Assembly: GCA_964406515.1 (NCBI GenBank)
Contig: CAYORV010000001.1
Span: forward strand, 33,956-97,955
DNA: 64,000 nucleotides
Reading direction: 5' to 3'
Origin: Candidatus Woesearchaeota archaeon
Lineage (GTDB): Archaea; Nanobdellota; Nanobdellia; Pacearchaeales; GW2011-AR1
Position numbers and translations under genes: made by a program. Below, one piece after another: positions 10,260 through 19,230 of the stretch. Every line of letters starts with the position of its first letter. The stretch's first letter is position 1. The notes under the pieces were generated by a model. It was not told where the DNA came from. It searched no databases and worked only from the letters and a program-made list of their open reading frames with translations.

Positions 10260-10871
10260 ATGAATTTTGCAAAAGAATATTTCCGGGAATTATATGAGGG
10301 ATTAGACAAAATTGATCCAGACAAAATAGAAAAAGTAACAGATGTTTTGTTAAACGCTTGGAAGAATGGTCAACAGGTTTTTATTTTAGGTAATGGGGGG
10401 AGTGCGGCTACTGCATCTCATATGGCATGTGATTTTGGAAAGGGAACTTTGAAAAAAATGTATGACCCTGTAGAAAAAAGATTTAAAGTTATATCCTTGA
10501 CAGATAATGCTCCTTTATTAACTGCATTGGCAAATGATGTCGGTTATGAAAATATTTTTGCCCAGCAGTTATATAATCAAATTAAGATGGGAGATATAGT
10601 TATAGTTATAACAGGTAGTGGGAACAGTGAAAATGTATTAAGGGCAATTAAAGTAGCTCAAGATAAAAAAGCCACCATCATAGCATTTTTGGGTGCTGAT
10701 GGCGGTAAGGCAAAAGACATGGTGGATTATTGCATAATCTATGAAGAATTACATTATGGGAGAATAGAAGATGCACATAGTATTCTTTCACATTTAATTA
10801 CTAATTGGTTAAAAGAAAAATTAGATAGTCTAAAAGGTTCTGGGGAATTTTTTAAGGAAGAAGCAAAATGA
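10260..10871 (+). CDS. gmhA: Sedoheptulose-7-phosphate isomerase (SIS domain, GmhA)
   Basis: 'FILGNGGSAATASHMACDF' and 'VITGSGNSENVLRAIKVAQDKKATIIAFLGADGG' align colinearly with E. coli GmhA signature blocks. Start abuts the upstream stop. Confidence 0.8.
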   Translation: MNFAKEYFRELYEGLDKIDPDKIEKVTDVLLNAWKNGQQVFILGNGGSAATASHMACDFGKGTLKKMYDPVEKRFKVISLTDNAPLLTALANDVGYENIFAQQLYNQIKMGDIVIVITGSGNSENVLRAIKVAQDKKATIIAFLGADGGKAKDMVDYCIIYEELHYGRIEDAHSILSHLITNWLKEKLDSLKGSGEFFKEEAK

Positions 10872-11965
10872 AAGTGTTAATAACTGGTGGAGCAGGATTT
10901 ATTGGAAGTCATACAGCAGATTTACTTTCATCAAAAGGATATTCAATAAAGATTTTAGATAATCTTAGTCCTCCAGTCCATGATGGAGATTGGCCAGATT
11001 ATGTTAAAAATAAAGGATATGAGCTAATCAGAGGGGATGTTACTGATAAAGAGGTTTTTACTGAAGCAATGAGGGATGTTAATTATATATTTCATCTTGC
11101 TGCATATCAAGATCAAATGCCAGATTTTAGTAAATTTTTTAGAGTAAATACAGTAAGCACGGCTCTTATCTTTGAAATTATTTTAGAAAATAAGTTTCCT
11201 GTTAAAAAGATAGTTTATGCAAGTTCTCAATTTGTATATGGGGATGGAGTTTATATTTCAAGTGATGGAAAAGAATTTTATCCTGAATTAAGATCAGAAG
11301 AACAATTTAAAAATAAAATATGGAATATATTGGATGCAAAAGGGGAGCTTGCAAAATTTATTCCGTTCAAAGAAGAGCAAAAGGTTAATCCGACAAATTG
11401 TTATGGATTATCAAAGATGGCTTCTGAGAATTTATCTATAAGATTGGGAAAAACTTATGGAATTCCTGTTTCAATTGTGAGATATTCTATTGTCCAGGGT
11501 TCAAGACAATCCCCAAAAAATATGTACTCTGGAGCATTAAGAATTTTTGTGACGCAAGCACTTGCTGAACAACCCATCACAGTTACTGAAGATGGAAATC
11601 AAGTGAGGGATTTTGTGAATGTTGAAGATGTTGCAAGAGCAAATGTTTTAATGATAGAGGAACCAAGAACAGATTTTGAAATATATAATGTTGGAGGTGG
11701 ACAGGGGTACAAGATTAAGGATTTTGCAGAGATGGTCAAAAGAATAACAAATTCTAATTCTGAAATTTTAATTGATGGAAGATTTAGAAGAACAGATGCA
11801 AGAGATTCTATATCAAATATATCAAAATTAAGAAATTTGGGTTGGAATCCGATTCATACTCCTGAAAAATCAATTAAAGATTATACTAATTGGATTAAAA
11901 CAGCAGGATTTGATGTTGGAGAAATTGCAAAAGGAGTGAATGAAGGACAGAAAAAATTAGTTTGA
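10868..11965 (+). CDS. NAD-dependent sugar-nucleotide epimerase/dehydratase (extended SDR), possible heptose epimerase
   Basis: 'VLITGGAGFIGSH' Rossmann motif and 'YGLSKMASE' YxxxK. ATGA overlap with gmhA. Confidence 0.7.
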   Translation: MKVLITGGAGFIGSHTADLLSSKGYSIKILDNLSPPVHDGDWPDYVKNKGYELIRGDVTDKEVFTEAMRDVNYIFHLAAYQDQMPDFSKFFRVNTVSTALIFEIILENKFPVKKIVYASSQFVYGDGVYISSDGKEFYPELRSEEQFKNKIWNILDAKGELAKFIPFKEEQKVNPTNCYGLSKMASENLSIRLGKTYGIPVSIVRYSIVQGSRQSPKNMYSGALRIFVTQALAEQPITVTEDGNQVRDFVNVEDVARANVLMIEEPRTDFEIYNVGGGQGYKIKDFAEMVKRITNSNSEILIDGRFRRTDARDSISNISKLRNLGWNPIHTPEKSIKDYTNWIKTAGFDVGEIAKGVNEGQKKLV

Positions 11966-11976
11966 AATATGTATTC

Positions 11977-11997
11977 TTCCTCAACAATATTTAAAAC
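11977..11997 (+). promoter_or_regulatory. BRE/TATA-like promoter motif (ttcctcaacaatATTTAAAAC)
   Basis: ~34 bp upstream of the ATG at 12030. Confidence 0.5.
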
Positions 11998-12029
11998 AAT
12001 TAGATTTTTAAAGAAAATAATAACATAAA

Positions 12030-12593
12030 ATGTTCCCAATAAATAATATTGAAATTTATTCTTCAGGAAAAATCATCAAACCAGAAGAAGTAGCTGTTTT
12101 TGTCTCAAAGTTGAAAAGTTTTGGGAAAAAAGTCGGTCTTTGTCTCGGATGTTTTGACCTGTTACATCCAGGTCATGTGAAACATTTAGAATCTGCTAAA
12201 AAATTATGTGATTATTTGATTGTTGCTGTAACTGCAGACAAATTTATAATCTCAAGAAAAGGTTCAGAAAGACCAATATTTAACGAACAGTTAAGAGCTT
12301 ATATGCTTGCAACCTTAGAAGTTGTAGATTGCGTGGTTATTCAAAATTTTGAAAAAGGAACAGAACTTCTAGAATTGATTAAACCTTCTTTTTATATTAA
12401 AGGACCTGATATAATTAATCTTGATACTCCTGCAATAAATGAAGAACGTGAGATGACTAAAAAAGTTGGTGGAGAGATGAGATATACTCGCGATCCTAAA
12501 TGGGCCACAACAGACATTATAGAATTTATGAGTAATTTAAATAATCAGGAAGGTTCAAGTTCTGGAACATCTCCTCTCCATATGGGAACATAA
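12030..12593 (+). CDS. Cytidylyltransferase-fold nucleotidyltransferase, HldE domain-II-like (heptose-1-P adenylyltransferase candidate)
   Basis: 'LGCFDLLHPGHVKHLESAKKLCDYLIVAVTAD...RP...LEVVDCVV' is colinear with the RfaE/HldE domain II HxGH family. Confidence 0.6.
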   Translation: MFPINNIEIYSSGKIIKPEEVAVFVSKLKSFGKKVGLCLGCFDLLHPGHVKHLESAKKLCDYLIVAVTADKFIISRKGSERPIFNEQLRAYMLATLEVVDCVVIQNFEKGTELLELIKPSFYIKGPDIINLDTPAINEEREMTKKVGGEMRYTRDPKWATTDIIEFMSNLNNQEGSSSGTSPLHMGT

Positions 12594-13435
12594 TGTCTTT
12601 TTCTAATTCTTAGCGAATAATATCCTCTCAATTGAACATATATCAGAAAGAAAATAAATGATAAAGACCAAAAAAATTCTTTAAAAGTATCTTTTATCGT
12701 TGAAAAGATTATTCTATTGTAAAAACTATGATATTTAATCTGGCTATTTTTTGTATATTTCAATAATTCCATATGTGCTTTTGTACTACGGGCTCTTTGT
12801 TTAAACAAATCAATAAAGTTTTTTGGATGCGAGACATAAACCTTTGCTCCTTCAACATAAGAATTTTTGTATCCTTTGTTACTTATTAAAAAAGATATTA
12901 TGGCGCCCTCTGCGACCTCTAAGGGAATTTTTTTAATTATTCCGTTTCTCATTGCAAGTATATTTATTGTGTGTTCTATAAATTCATTTTTATTGAATAG
13001 GTTTTTCCTCATCTTGTGTAATCCTTCTGTTAAAAGATGCGCCCAAAAACCGTATAGGGTGTTTCTATCTCCCATTGGAATAATCCTGCCTCCAACAATT
13101 CCTACTGCCTCATCCTCAAATGGTTCAAGTAGTAATTTAATAGAATTTTTTTCAAAAAATTTATTTCCATCTGTCCAAATCAAGATTCTGCCTTTAGCAA
13201 TTTTGAATATTTCATTCATTAGTTGATTTTTTGAACAAGTATACTCTTGATGTACATATTTTACTATTCTTGGGCATTTCTTTTTACAATCCATTATTGC
13301 TTTTTTTGTTGGTTCATCTGGACAAGCCACAATAATCTCGAATTCTTCATTTAAACCTTCTTGATTAAGAATTCTTTCTATACATTCTTTAGTCAAATCT
13401 GGACATTCAAATGCAGTTACAATTATACTTATCAT
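12545..13435 (-). CDS. Family 2 glycosyltransferase (paralog of 5668..6588)
   Basis: 'MISIIVTAFECPDLTKECIERILNQEGLNEEFEIIVACPDEPTKK' is ~60% identical to the other GT2. The ATG at 13435 is preferred by homology with the paralog; the track ORF extends to 13462. Confidence 0.7.
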   Translation of the reverse strand: MISIIVTAFECPDLTKECIERILNQEGLNEEFEIIVACPDEPTKKAIMDCKKKCPRIVKYVHQEYTCSKNQLMNEIFKIAKGRILIWTDGNKFFEKNSIKLLLEPFEDEAVGIVGGRIIPMGDRNTLYGFWAHLLTEGLHKMRKNLFNKNEFIEHTINILAMRNGIIKKIPLEVAEGAIISFLISNKGYKNSYVEGAKVYVSHPKNFIDLFKQRARSTKAHMELLKYTKNSQIKYHSFYNRIIFSTIKDTFKEFFWSLSFIFFLIYVQLRGYYSLRIRKRHYVPIWRGDVPELEPS

Positions 13436-13483
13436 TTTTGTGTTTATTATGAAGGAGAACACAGATTTAAAAGGATTATCAAT

Positions 13484-15022
13484 CTACACCCTATATCTTG
13501 TTTTGTCATACCAGATTTTGAAATTTACAGGCAAAGAGCGGTAGAGGGGTTTTGCTATTCTTTCTCTTATGATATCCAACAAACGTATTATTCTCAAGAT
13601 TATAAAAGTCGGAAATTGATTTCTTAAATTTTTTCTCACTCTCTCTGGTTTTAATAAATAATTTAGAAGAGAATTGGGCATAACCCCAAATCTTGATTTT
13701 GTAACAGAACCTCTCATGAGGTTTAGAATTAAATTGAGATATCTATTATTCTTTTTTAACAAAATATGTGCACTTCTGTCCCAATAATTAAGATTTTCTG
13801 CTGAATCTTTTTTTGATTTTATCAGGCCTTCTTTCTTTGCTCTGTCGTATAATTTTGTTCCTGGGAAGAAAACTAGATTATTAACAGATAGGTAATATGG
13901 TTTTGGAAGTTTTTGCAAAAGACGAATTAAGTTTATGACATCTTCGGGTTTTTCATAAGGGTTGCAGGTGATTACATCATACATAACTGCAAGCTTGTCT
14001 TTGTATTTGTTCAATATTCTAGCTGCATTTAAAACATCTTTGTCTGTTTGATTTCTATGGTAAATTTCCAGATTTATCCTTTCGCTTCCTTGAATTCCTA
14101 TGATTATATCGGTACATCCTGCATCAATCAATAATTTTATTTTTTCTTCTGAAACTGTGTGAGGATCTGCCAAGCATTTGAAACGCATGTTTACTTTTTC
14201 TTTGTAGAGCTTGCAGAATTTTTCTATGTCTTCTATGGGCCGAAGTGAAAATGTGTCATCCCTTATATCAAAATAACCAAGAGTGTTTGGAAATTTTTCC
14301 TTTAGTTTTAGAATTCCTTCTATGATGTATTCTGGTGAGTGCCATCTGAGAATCTTTTTTCTTTTCCCTTCATAAAGTTTATTGAAAAACGAATTGCTAC
14401 AATAGTCACACCCATAAGGGCAGCCCCTACCAGTTAGAAAAAATATTTGTCCGGCCAAATCATATTCTCTGAATTTCCTTATTTTCCTTTTTTCTAGGAT
14501 GAAGTGATTTTCAATATCATAATCTGGGCGTGGAAGAGAATCAATGTTGTCAATTATGTTTCTAACAGGATTTTTTGTTACATTGTTTTCTTGCTTTATC
14601 CAAAAATTTTTTATCTTGTTGAAGTTTTTGTTTTGTTCTATTGCTTTTGCTAAATCTAGTATTGCTTCTTCACTTTCACCTACGCAAACAATATCTGCAT
14701 ATTTTATGCAATCTTCTGGAGAAATTGTTGCATGCACTCCCCCATAAACTATTGGAATGCCGAGATTTTTTTTTAAAAAAGATATTATTCTTGCTGCTCT
14801 TTGAGAAGTTGAAGCAAAAGAATTTATTCCTATAAGTTGGCTGTCTTTGCAGATATTCAATAATTGCTTTAGTTCTTCTATTGAGTAATTTCTTGAATAG
14901 TCTTCTGTCAAGGTCATGAAAATTAATTGCACTTCGTAACCTGCTCTTTTTAAAACAGAAGAAATTGTTCTGATTCCCTGATCGGAAGGAAAAGTAGATG
15001 TTGAAATGAGAGTTATTTTCAT
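13484..15022 (-). CDS. Cobalamin-binding (class B) radical SAM enzyme
   Basis: N-terminal B12-binding Rossmann ('KITLISTS...YEVQLIF', 'VGESEEAI'). 'GRGCPYGCDYCSNS' CxxxCxxC. Confidence 0.75.
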   Translation of the reverse strand: MKITLISTSTFPSDQGIRTISSVLKRAGYEVQLIFMTLTEDYSRNYSIEELKQLLNICKDSQLIGINSFASTSQRAARIISFLKKNLGIPIVYGGVHATISPEDCIKYADIVCVGESEEAILDLAKAIEQNKNFNKIKNFWIKQENNVTKNPVRNIIDNIDSLPRPDYDIENHFILEKRKIRKFREYDLAGQIFFLTGRGCPYGCDYCSNSFFNKLYEGKRKKILRWHSPEYIIEGILKLKEKFPNTLGYFDIRDDTFSLRPIEDIEKFCKLYKEKVNMRFKCLADPHTVSEEKIKLLIDAGCTDIIIGIQGSERINLEIYHRNQTDKDVLNAARILNKYKDKLAVMYDVITCNPYEKPEDVINLIRLLQKLPKPYYLSVNNLVFFPGTKLYDRAKKEGLIKSKKDSAENLNYWDRSAHILLKKNNRYLNLILNLMRGSVTKSRFGVMPNSLLNYLLKPERVRKNLRNQFPTFIILRIIRLLDIIRERIAKPLYRSLPVNFKIWYDKTRYRV

Positions 15023-15090
15023 AAAAACAACAGAAAGAAGTAATTTTTAAAATTACTCTATTGTAAATATATATTTCAGAAGCATATAGT

Positions 15091-15105
15091 TTTCTTATAT
15101 AAATG
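15091..15105 (+). promoter_or_regulatory. TATA-like element (tttcTTATATAAAtg) upstream of 15135
   Basis: AT-rich box ~31 bp upstream of the ATG. Confidence 0.35.
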
Positions 15106-15134
15106 CTTTAAAGAGTTTAAGCCGAAAGATTTGT

Positions 15135-17015
15135 ATGAAGGCTGTGATAATTGCTGGCGGGAAAGGAACAAGATTAAAAGAATTCTCAGAAGATAAAAAT
15201 AAGGCTATGCTAAAAATATATGACAAAACTATTCTAGAATATAACTTAGATAGAGCAATAGAAGCTAAGGTGATTGAAATAATCCTTGTTCTTTGCTATA
15301 AACCTGAAGAAATTATAAAAAAAATAGGAAAAGATTACAATGGAGTTAGGGTGACTTATGTTATTGAAAAAGAAGGGAAGGGAATTGTAAATGCTATTCA
15401 CAATGCAAGAGATGCTATAGGTAAAAGTGATTTTATTCTTATGCTGGGAGATGAAATCCTAATTAATGCAGATATTGTTGGGATGCTAAAAAAATTTAGA
15501 AGAGAAGACCTATTTGCTATTTGTGGCATAGTTAATGAAAAGGATAAGTCTAGTATCAAAAAAACTTACTCTGTTCTATCTAATGAGGATGGAAGAATTT
15601 TTAGATTAATTGAGAAGCCAAGATTTCCGATTAGTGATATAAAGGGCACAGGACATTGTGTTTTCAGAAATGAAATTTTGGATTACATTGACAAAACTCC
15701 AATTAACATGTATAGAAATCAGAAAGAACTTGTAGACATGATTCAATGTGCTGTTGATGATGGAAAAAATATCAAAATCCACAAGATAGCTGAAGGATAT
15801 GCTAATATAAATGAGTTTGAAGATTTAAATATGGCAAAAGAAATGATAAAAAAAATAAAACCTAAAGTTTTGATAATCCATAATCAGATGAAATATTATG
15901 GTGGAGGAGAATTGCTAATTGTTGAACTTGCAAATGAATTAACAAGAAGGGGCATAAAAAATGATATCCTTGCTTTGTCAAAATCAGAGGAAGTTGAAAA
16001 TGCTCTTTTGAACACTGAAATTATAACTCCAAATAATAATATTGACCTCAGACCTCCAGGATATAAAAATATGGGAGATATTTTTAATGCAATAAAAGTT
16101 TTTAGAAAAAAACTAAAAGAGATAGAAAAGAACTATGATGTTATTAATTTCCATGATTTTCCAGTAACGTGGACTTTGTGGCCCCGAAAAAAACCTTGTG
16201 TTTGGTTTATGAATCTCCCCCCAAATCTTTATAGCAAACCCGATGCAGGATTTTTTTATAAAACTCTGAATAAGGTAAGAATTTGGTTAGATAAGTTTAT
16301 TGTTAGACAAAGTGTAGATATAATAACTGTGGCAGAGAGTTTAAATCTGATTAGAGCAAAAAAAAGATATGGTAAACAGGCTAAATTGATTGATTTTGGA
16401 ATTGATTATAATTTCTTCTCCAAGGGAAATGCACAAAGAGCAATAAAGAAATTTAACCTGAAAAATAAGTTTGTTGTTGTTCAATCAGGAATATTATGCG
16501 ATGTTAAAAATCAATTTGAAAGTGTGAAAGCAATTGAAAAAGTAAAAGATAAAATTCCAAACATATTCTTAATCTTCACTGGAAAAGAAGATGCAGAATA
16601 CAGAAAGAAACTTGATGCTTATATAAAAGAAAAAAAACTCGAAGAACATATTTTATTTGCAGGATTTCTTGAAACAAGGAATGAACTAAGAGACATATAC
16701 AAGGCTGCGGATGTTGGATTATTTCCTATAAAGAAACAAGGAGGAGTTTTGGCTCCATTAGAAGCTTTATGTGCTGGAATTCCAATAATTGTATCTGAGG
16801 ACATGGAAACAGCGCCACTAATTAAAAAAGAAAATCTGGGAATTACAACAAAAGAATATGATAAAGTTTTATTAGATGTCTATAATAATAAAGAATCTCA
16901 TAAACAACTAGCAAAAAAAGCTGTTTTGTTTGTTAAAGAAAATTTAAACTGGAAGGCATTTGCAGATAAAATGGTTCAAGCGTATATTGTAGCTTGGAAA
17001 AAGTATAAAAAATAG
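15135..17015 (+). CDS. Fusion of a sugar-1-phosphate nucleotidyltransferase (N-terminal) and a GT4 glycosyltransferase (C-terminal)
   Basis: 'MKAVIIAGGKGTRLKEF' pyrophosphorylase motif. C-terminal 'FAGFLETRNELRDIYKAADVGLFP...GGVLAPLEALCAGIPII' GT4 E-x7-E region. Confidence 0.65.
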   Translation: MKAVIIAGGKGTRLKEFSEDKNKAMLKIYDKTILEYNLDRAIEAKVIEIILVLCYKPEEIIKKIGKDYNGVRVTYVIEKEGKGIVNAIHNARDAIGKSDFILMLGDEILINADIVGMLKKFRREDLFAICGIVNEKDKSSIKKTYSVLSNEDGRIFRLIEKPRFPISDIKGTGHCVFRNEILDYIDKTPINMYRNQKELVDMIQCAVDDGKNIKIHKIAEGYANINEFEDLNMAKEMIKKIKPKVLIIHNQMKYYGGGELLIVELANELTRRGIKNDILALSKSEEVENALLNTEIITPNNNIDLRPPGYKNMGDIFNAIKVFRKKLKEIEKNYDVINFHDFPVTWTLWPRKKPCVWFMNLPPNLYSKPDAGFFYKTLNKVRIWLDKFIVRQSVDIITVAESLNLIRAKKRYGKQAKLIDFGIDYNFFSKGNAQRAIKKFNLKNKFVVVQSGILCDVKNQFESVKAIEKVKDKIPNIFLIFTGKEDAEYRKKLDAYIKEKKLEEHILFAGFLETRNELRDIYKAADVGLFPIKKQGGVLAPLEALCAGIPIIVSEDMETAPLIKKENLGITTKEYDKVLLDVYNNKESHKQLAKKAVLFVKENLNWKAFADKMVQAYIVAWKKYKK

Positions 17016-17019
17016 TTGG

Positions 17020-18018
17020 TTATCTCTTTGCTAGTGTCTTTAATGGATGCTTCCTCAAATTCCTAACCATTTCACAAAGAAGGTAACAATCTTCATAACA
17101 TTTTAGGTTTTTTATCTTCTTAGTATAATCCTTTTGAAGAATTGTAGTTTGTTTGATATTTCCCAATGGAGCAATCTTCCCAACCAAGTTTTCACAAGGG
17201 AATATATCGCCGGTAAAATCTATGTAAATTGAATTTGTTCCTGCATAGCAAACATTTGTTATTGTTTTGTTTTCATAGAATCTTTTGAAAAATAAAAAAT
17301 AAGTATCATCAAAGAATGGTCTTTTTCTCTCTGCATAAATTTTCTTAAGCTGTTCTAATACTTTTTGTTTTTGAGAGTCTGCTAATGCTCTTCCTTCTTC
17401 GGTGTTTAATCTTCCATAATCCATTTCTGGGGAGAACATTATGTTTATGTCCTGTTCTTTAGCAAAATTCCATGCCCATAACAACTGGTCATAATTTTCT
17501 TTTGTCACAGTAAAAATAAAACTCATGTTTTGTCCTAATTTTTTCAGGTTTTCAATTGTTTCTAATAATTTTTTAAAGTTTCCTTTTACTCCTCTTATTT
17601 CATCGTGAGTTTCTTCTTTTCCATTAAAAGAAAGATTTATCAAAACATCTCTGGGCATATTCTTTACTTTTTCGTATATTAATTCTGGGAGCAAAGCATT
17701 TGTTAAGATAGCTAGGTGTAAATTGGGATTCTTTTGTTTGAACATATTTACAATTTCGTCTATATCTTTTCTCAAAAATGGCTCTCCTCCTGTCAAGGCC
17801 AAAAATCTAGCTTCTTTAAATATGGGAGTTTCAGCAAATTTTTTTAAATCGCCCGTGTTTGGTTCAATCTTCTTTTTGTTTTTCCATAAAAAACAAGTTT
17901 TACACCTTGAATTGCACAAATTGGTTAAAGCCAAGATTATCCTTCTTCGTTTTTTTATTGGAAGAATATTTTCTAGAGCATATAAATAATCAGTTTTCAT
18001 TTTTCCCCTCTTTCTCAT
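17020..18018 (-). CDS. Radical SAM enzyme with SPASM/twitch domain
   Basis: 'LTNLCNSRCKTCF' CxxxCxxC. C-terminal 'CYAGTNSIYIDFTGDIFPCENL...CYEDCYLLCE'. Confidence 0.7.
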   Translation of the reverse strand: MRKRGKMKTDYLYALENILPIKKRRRIILALTNLCNSRCKTCFLWKNKKKIEPNTGDLKKFAETPIFKEARFLALTGGEPFLRKDIDEIVNMFKQKNPNLHLAILTNALLPELIYEKVKNMPRDVLINLSFNGKEETHDEIRGVKGNFKKLLETIENLKKLGQNMSFIFTVTKENYDQLLWAWNFAKEQDINIMFSPEMDYGRLNTEEGRALADSQKQKVLEQLKKIYAERKRPFFDDTYFLFFKRFYENKTITNVCYAGTNSIYIDFTGDIFPCENLVGKIAPLGNIKQTTILQKDYTKKIKNLKCYEDCYLLCEMVRNLRKHPLKTLAKR

Positions 18019-19129
18019 AAGCTGGACACAATTTACACTCTTCAGGACATTTATTTTTCCTTATTGCTTTTCTCATTGCTTTGTATTTTGGAGAATACCA
18101 AATTTCCTTGAATGGTTTTTCTAATGCGTTGCCTAATGCCATTTTTTTCTGCCATTCTCGAGCATTTGCTTCGTTTTGACTACAACAAGGAGTAACATCT
18201 CCTGTAACAAAAATAAACGGCATTATATATTCCTTGCAGTTTTTCATTTTGGGCTTTTTTTCCAAACCTTCTGCTCCTTGTTTCGCAGACATATTAATTG
18301 TTATGGGGATTTTGTATTTTCTTGCTCTTTCTTTTATTAAATTCACATAATTTTCATCTATTTCGACAGCATACTTTTCAGCTTCTTTAAAACTGTGTAA
18401 CAAGGGAGTTACAAGAACTTCTCCAACTTCTGTGTTTAGTGAATGAACAAAATCTAAAAAGTCCAGAACCTCTGGTTTTGATTCACTTGTGATTATATAA
18501 TGAAAATTCAGTAGAGGAAATCTTTTTTTCATTTCTTTTTTTAGTCTAACAAAAGTTTTTATGTTTTTTTCAACTTCATCATAATTGCTTCCAGCACAAA
18601 TTTTTTCAAAACTTTTTTTGCTTGCTCCGTAGGTTGAAACAAATTGGAAATCTGGGCCAATCTCTATTAATTCCCTAATTTGATTATCGTCCTTAAAATG
18701 CGCGAAATGGTCCATCACTTCTATGATTGTTCCTTTTGATTTTGCATACCTCAACATTTTATGGAAATCCTTATTGAGATAAGAAGAGCCAATACCTGTA
18801 AGTCCAAGCCATTTTGGTTTACCATTCCCAAAATTGTCAATTATTCTTTTAAATTGTTCAAAACTCATATTTTTTGGTGGCTCTTTCCAATAAGTATGCT
18901 CGCAACAAACACACTTAAAGTTGCAGATTGTTGTTGGTTCTATTTCAAGGAATGGGGGGAACAAATCAATTCCGATTCTTGGGAAAATTTTATTTAATAA
19001 AAAAGATGCCATTTTTCTATTCCACCAAAATGGATAAACCCAAAACATGTTTAGTATTTCCTTCCATCTCCCAGCTAAAATATAATTAGAAAATAATCTC
19101 ATCTTATGGGTCAAAGGCATAGTTGGCAT
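17990..19129 (-). CDS. Radical SAM enzyme with SPASM domain
   Basis: 'EPTTICNFKCVCCEH' with Cys at 0, 4 and 7. C-terminal 'CCSQNEANA...CPEECKLCPAYE'. Confidence 0.7.
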   Translation of the reverse strand: MPTMPLTHKMRLFSNYILAGRWKEILNMFWVYPFWWNRKMASFLLNKIFPRIGIDLFPPFLEIEPTTICNFKCVCCEHTYWKEPPKNMSFEQFKRIIDNFGNGKPKWLGLTGIGSSYLNKDFHKMLRYAKSKGTIIEVMDHFAHFKDDNQIRELIEIGPDFQFVSTYGASKKSFEKICAGSNYDEVEKNIKTFVRLKKEMKKRFPLLNFHYIITSESKPEVLDFLDFVHSLNTEVGEVLVTPLLHSFKEAEKYAVEIDENYVNLIKERARKYKIPITINMSAKQGAEGLEKKPKMKNCKEYIMPFIFVTGDVTPCCSQNEANAREWQKKMALGNALEKPFKEIWYSPKYKAMRKAIRKNKCPEECKLCPAYEKEGKNEN

Positions 19130-19230
19130 TTTAGAAAATGGGAGTGGAGGTTTTTAAAGATTATCTAGTTTTTATCTTATATCCCACCTTAATTAAATTT
19201 ATAAATCTCGTCTTTTTCAAAGTCCTACTT

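Noticed and set aside
13361-13627. 88-aa ORF spanning the GT2 and B12-rSAM intergenic region
   Set aside because: It overlaps the 5' ends of two convergently or divergently arranged real genes, has no motif, and is likely spurious.
19138-19230. Upstream ATG (19138) as start of the B12-rSAM gene
   Set aside because: It would leave only 8 bp between divergent genes and adds a 31-residue hydrophobic leader absent from paralogs. An internal ATG at 19231 is preceded by a TATA-like box.
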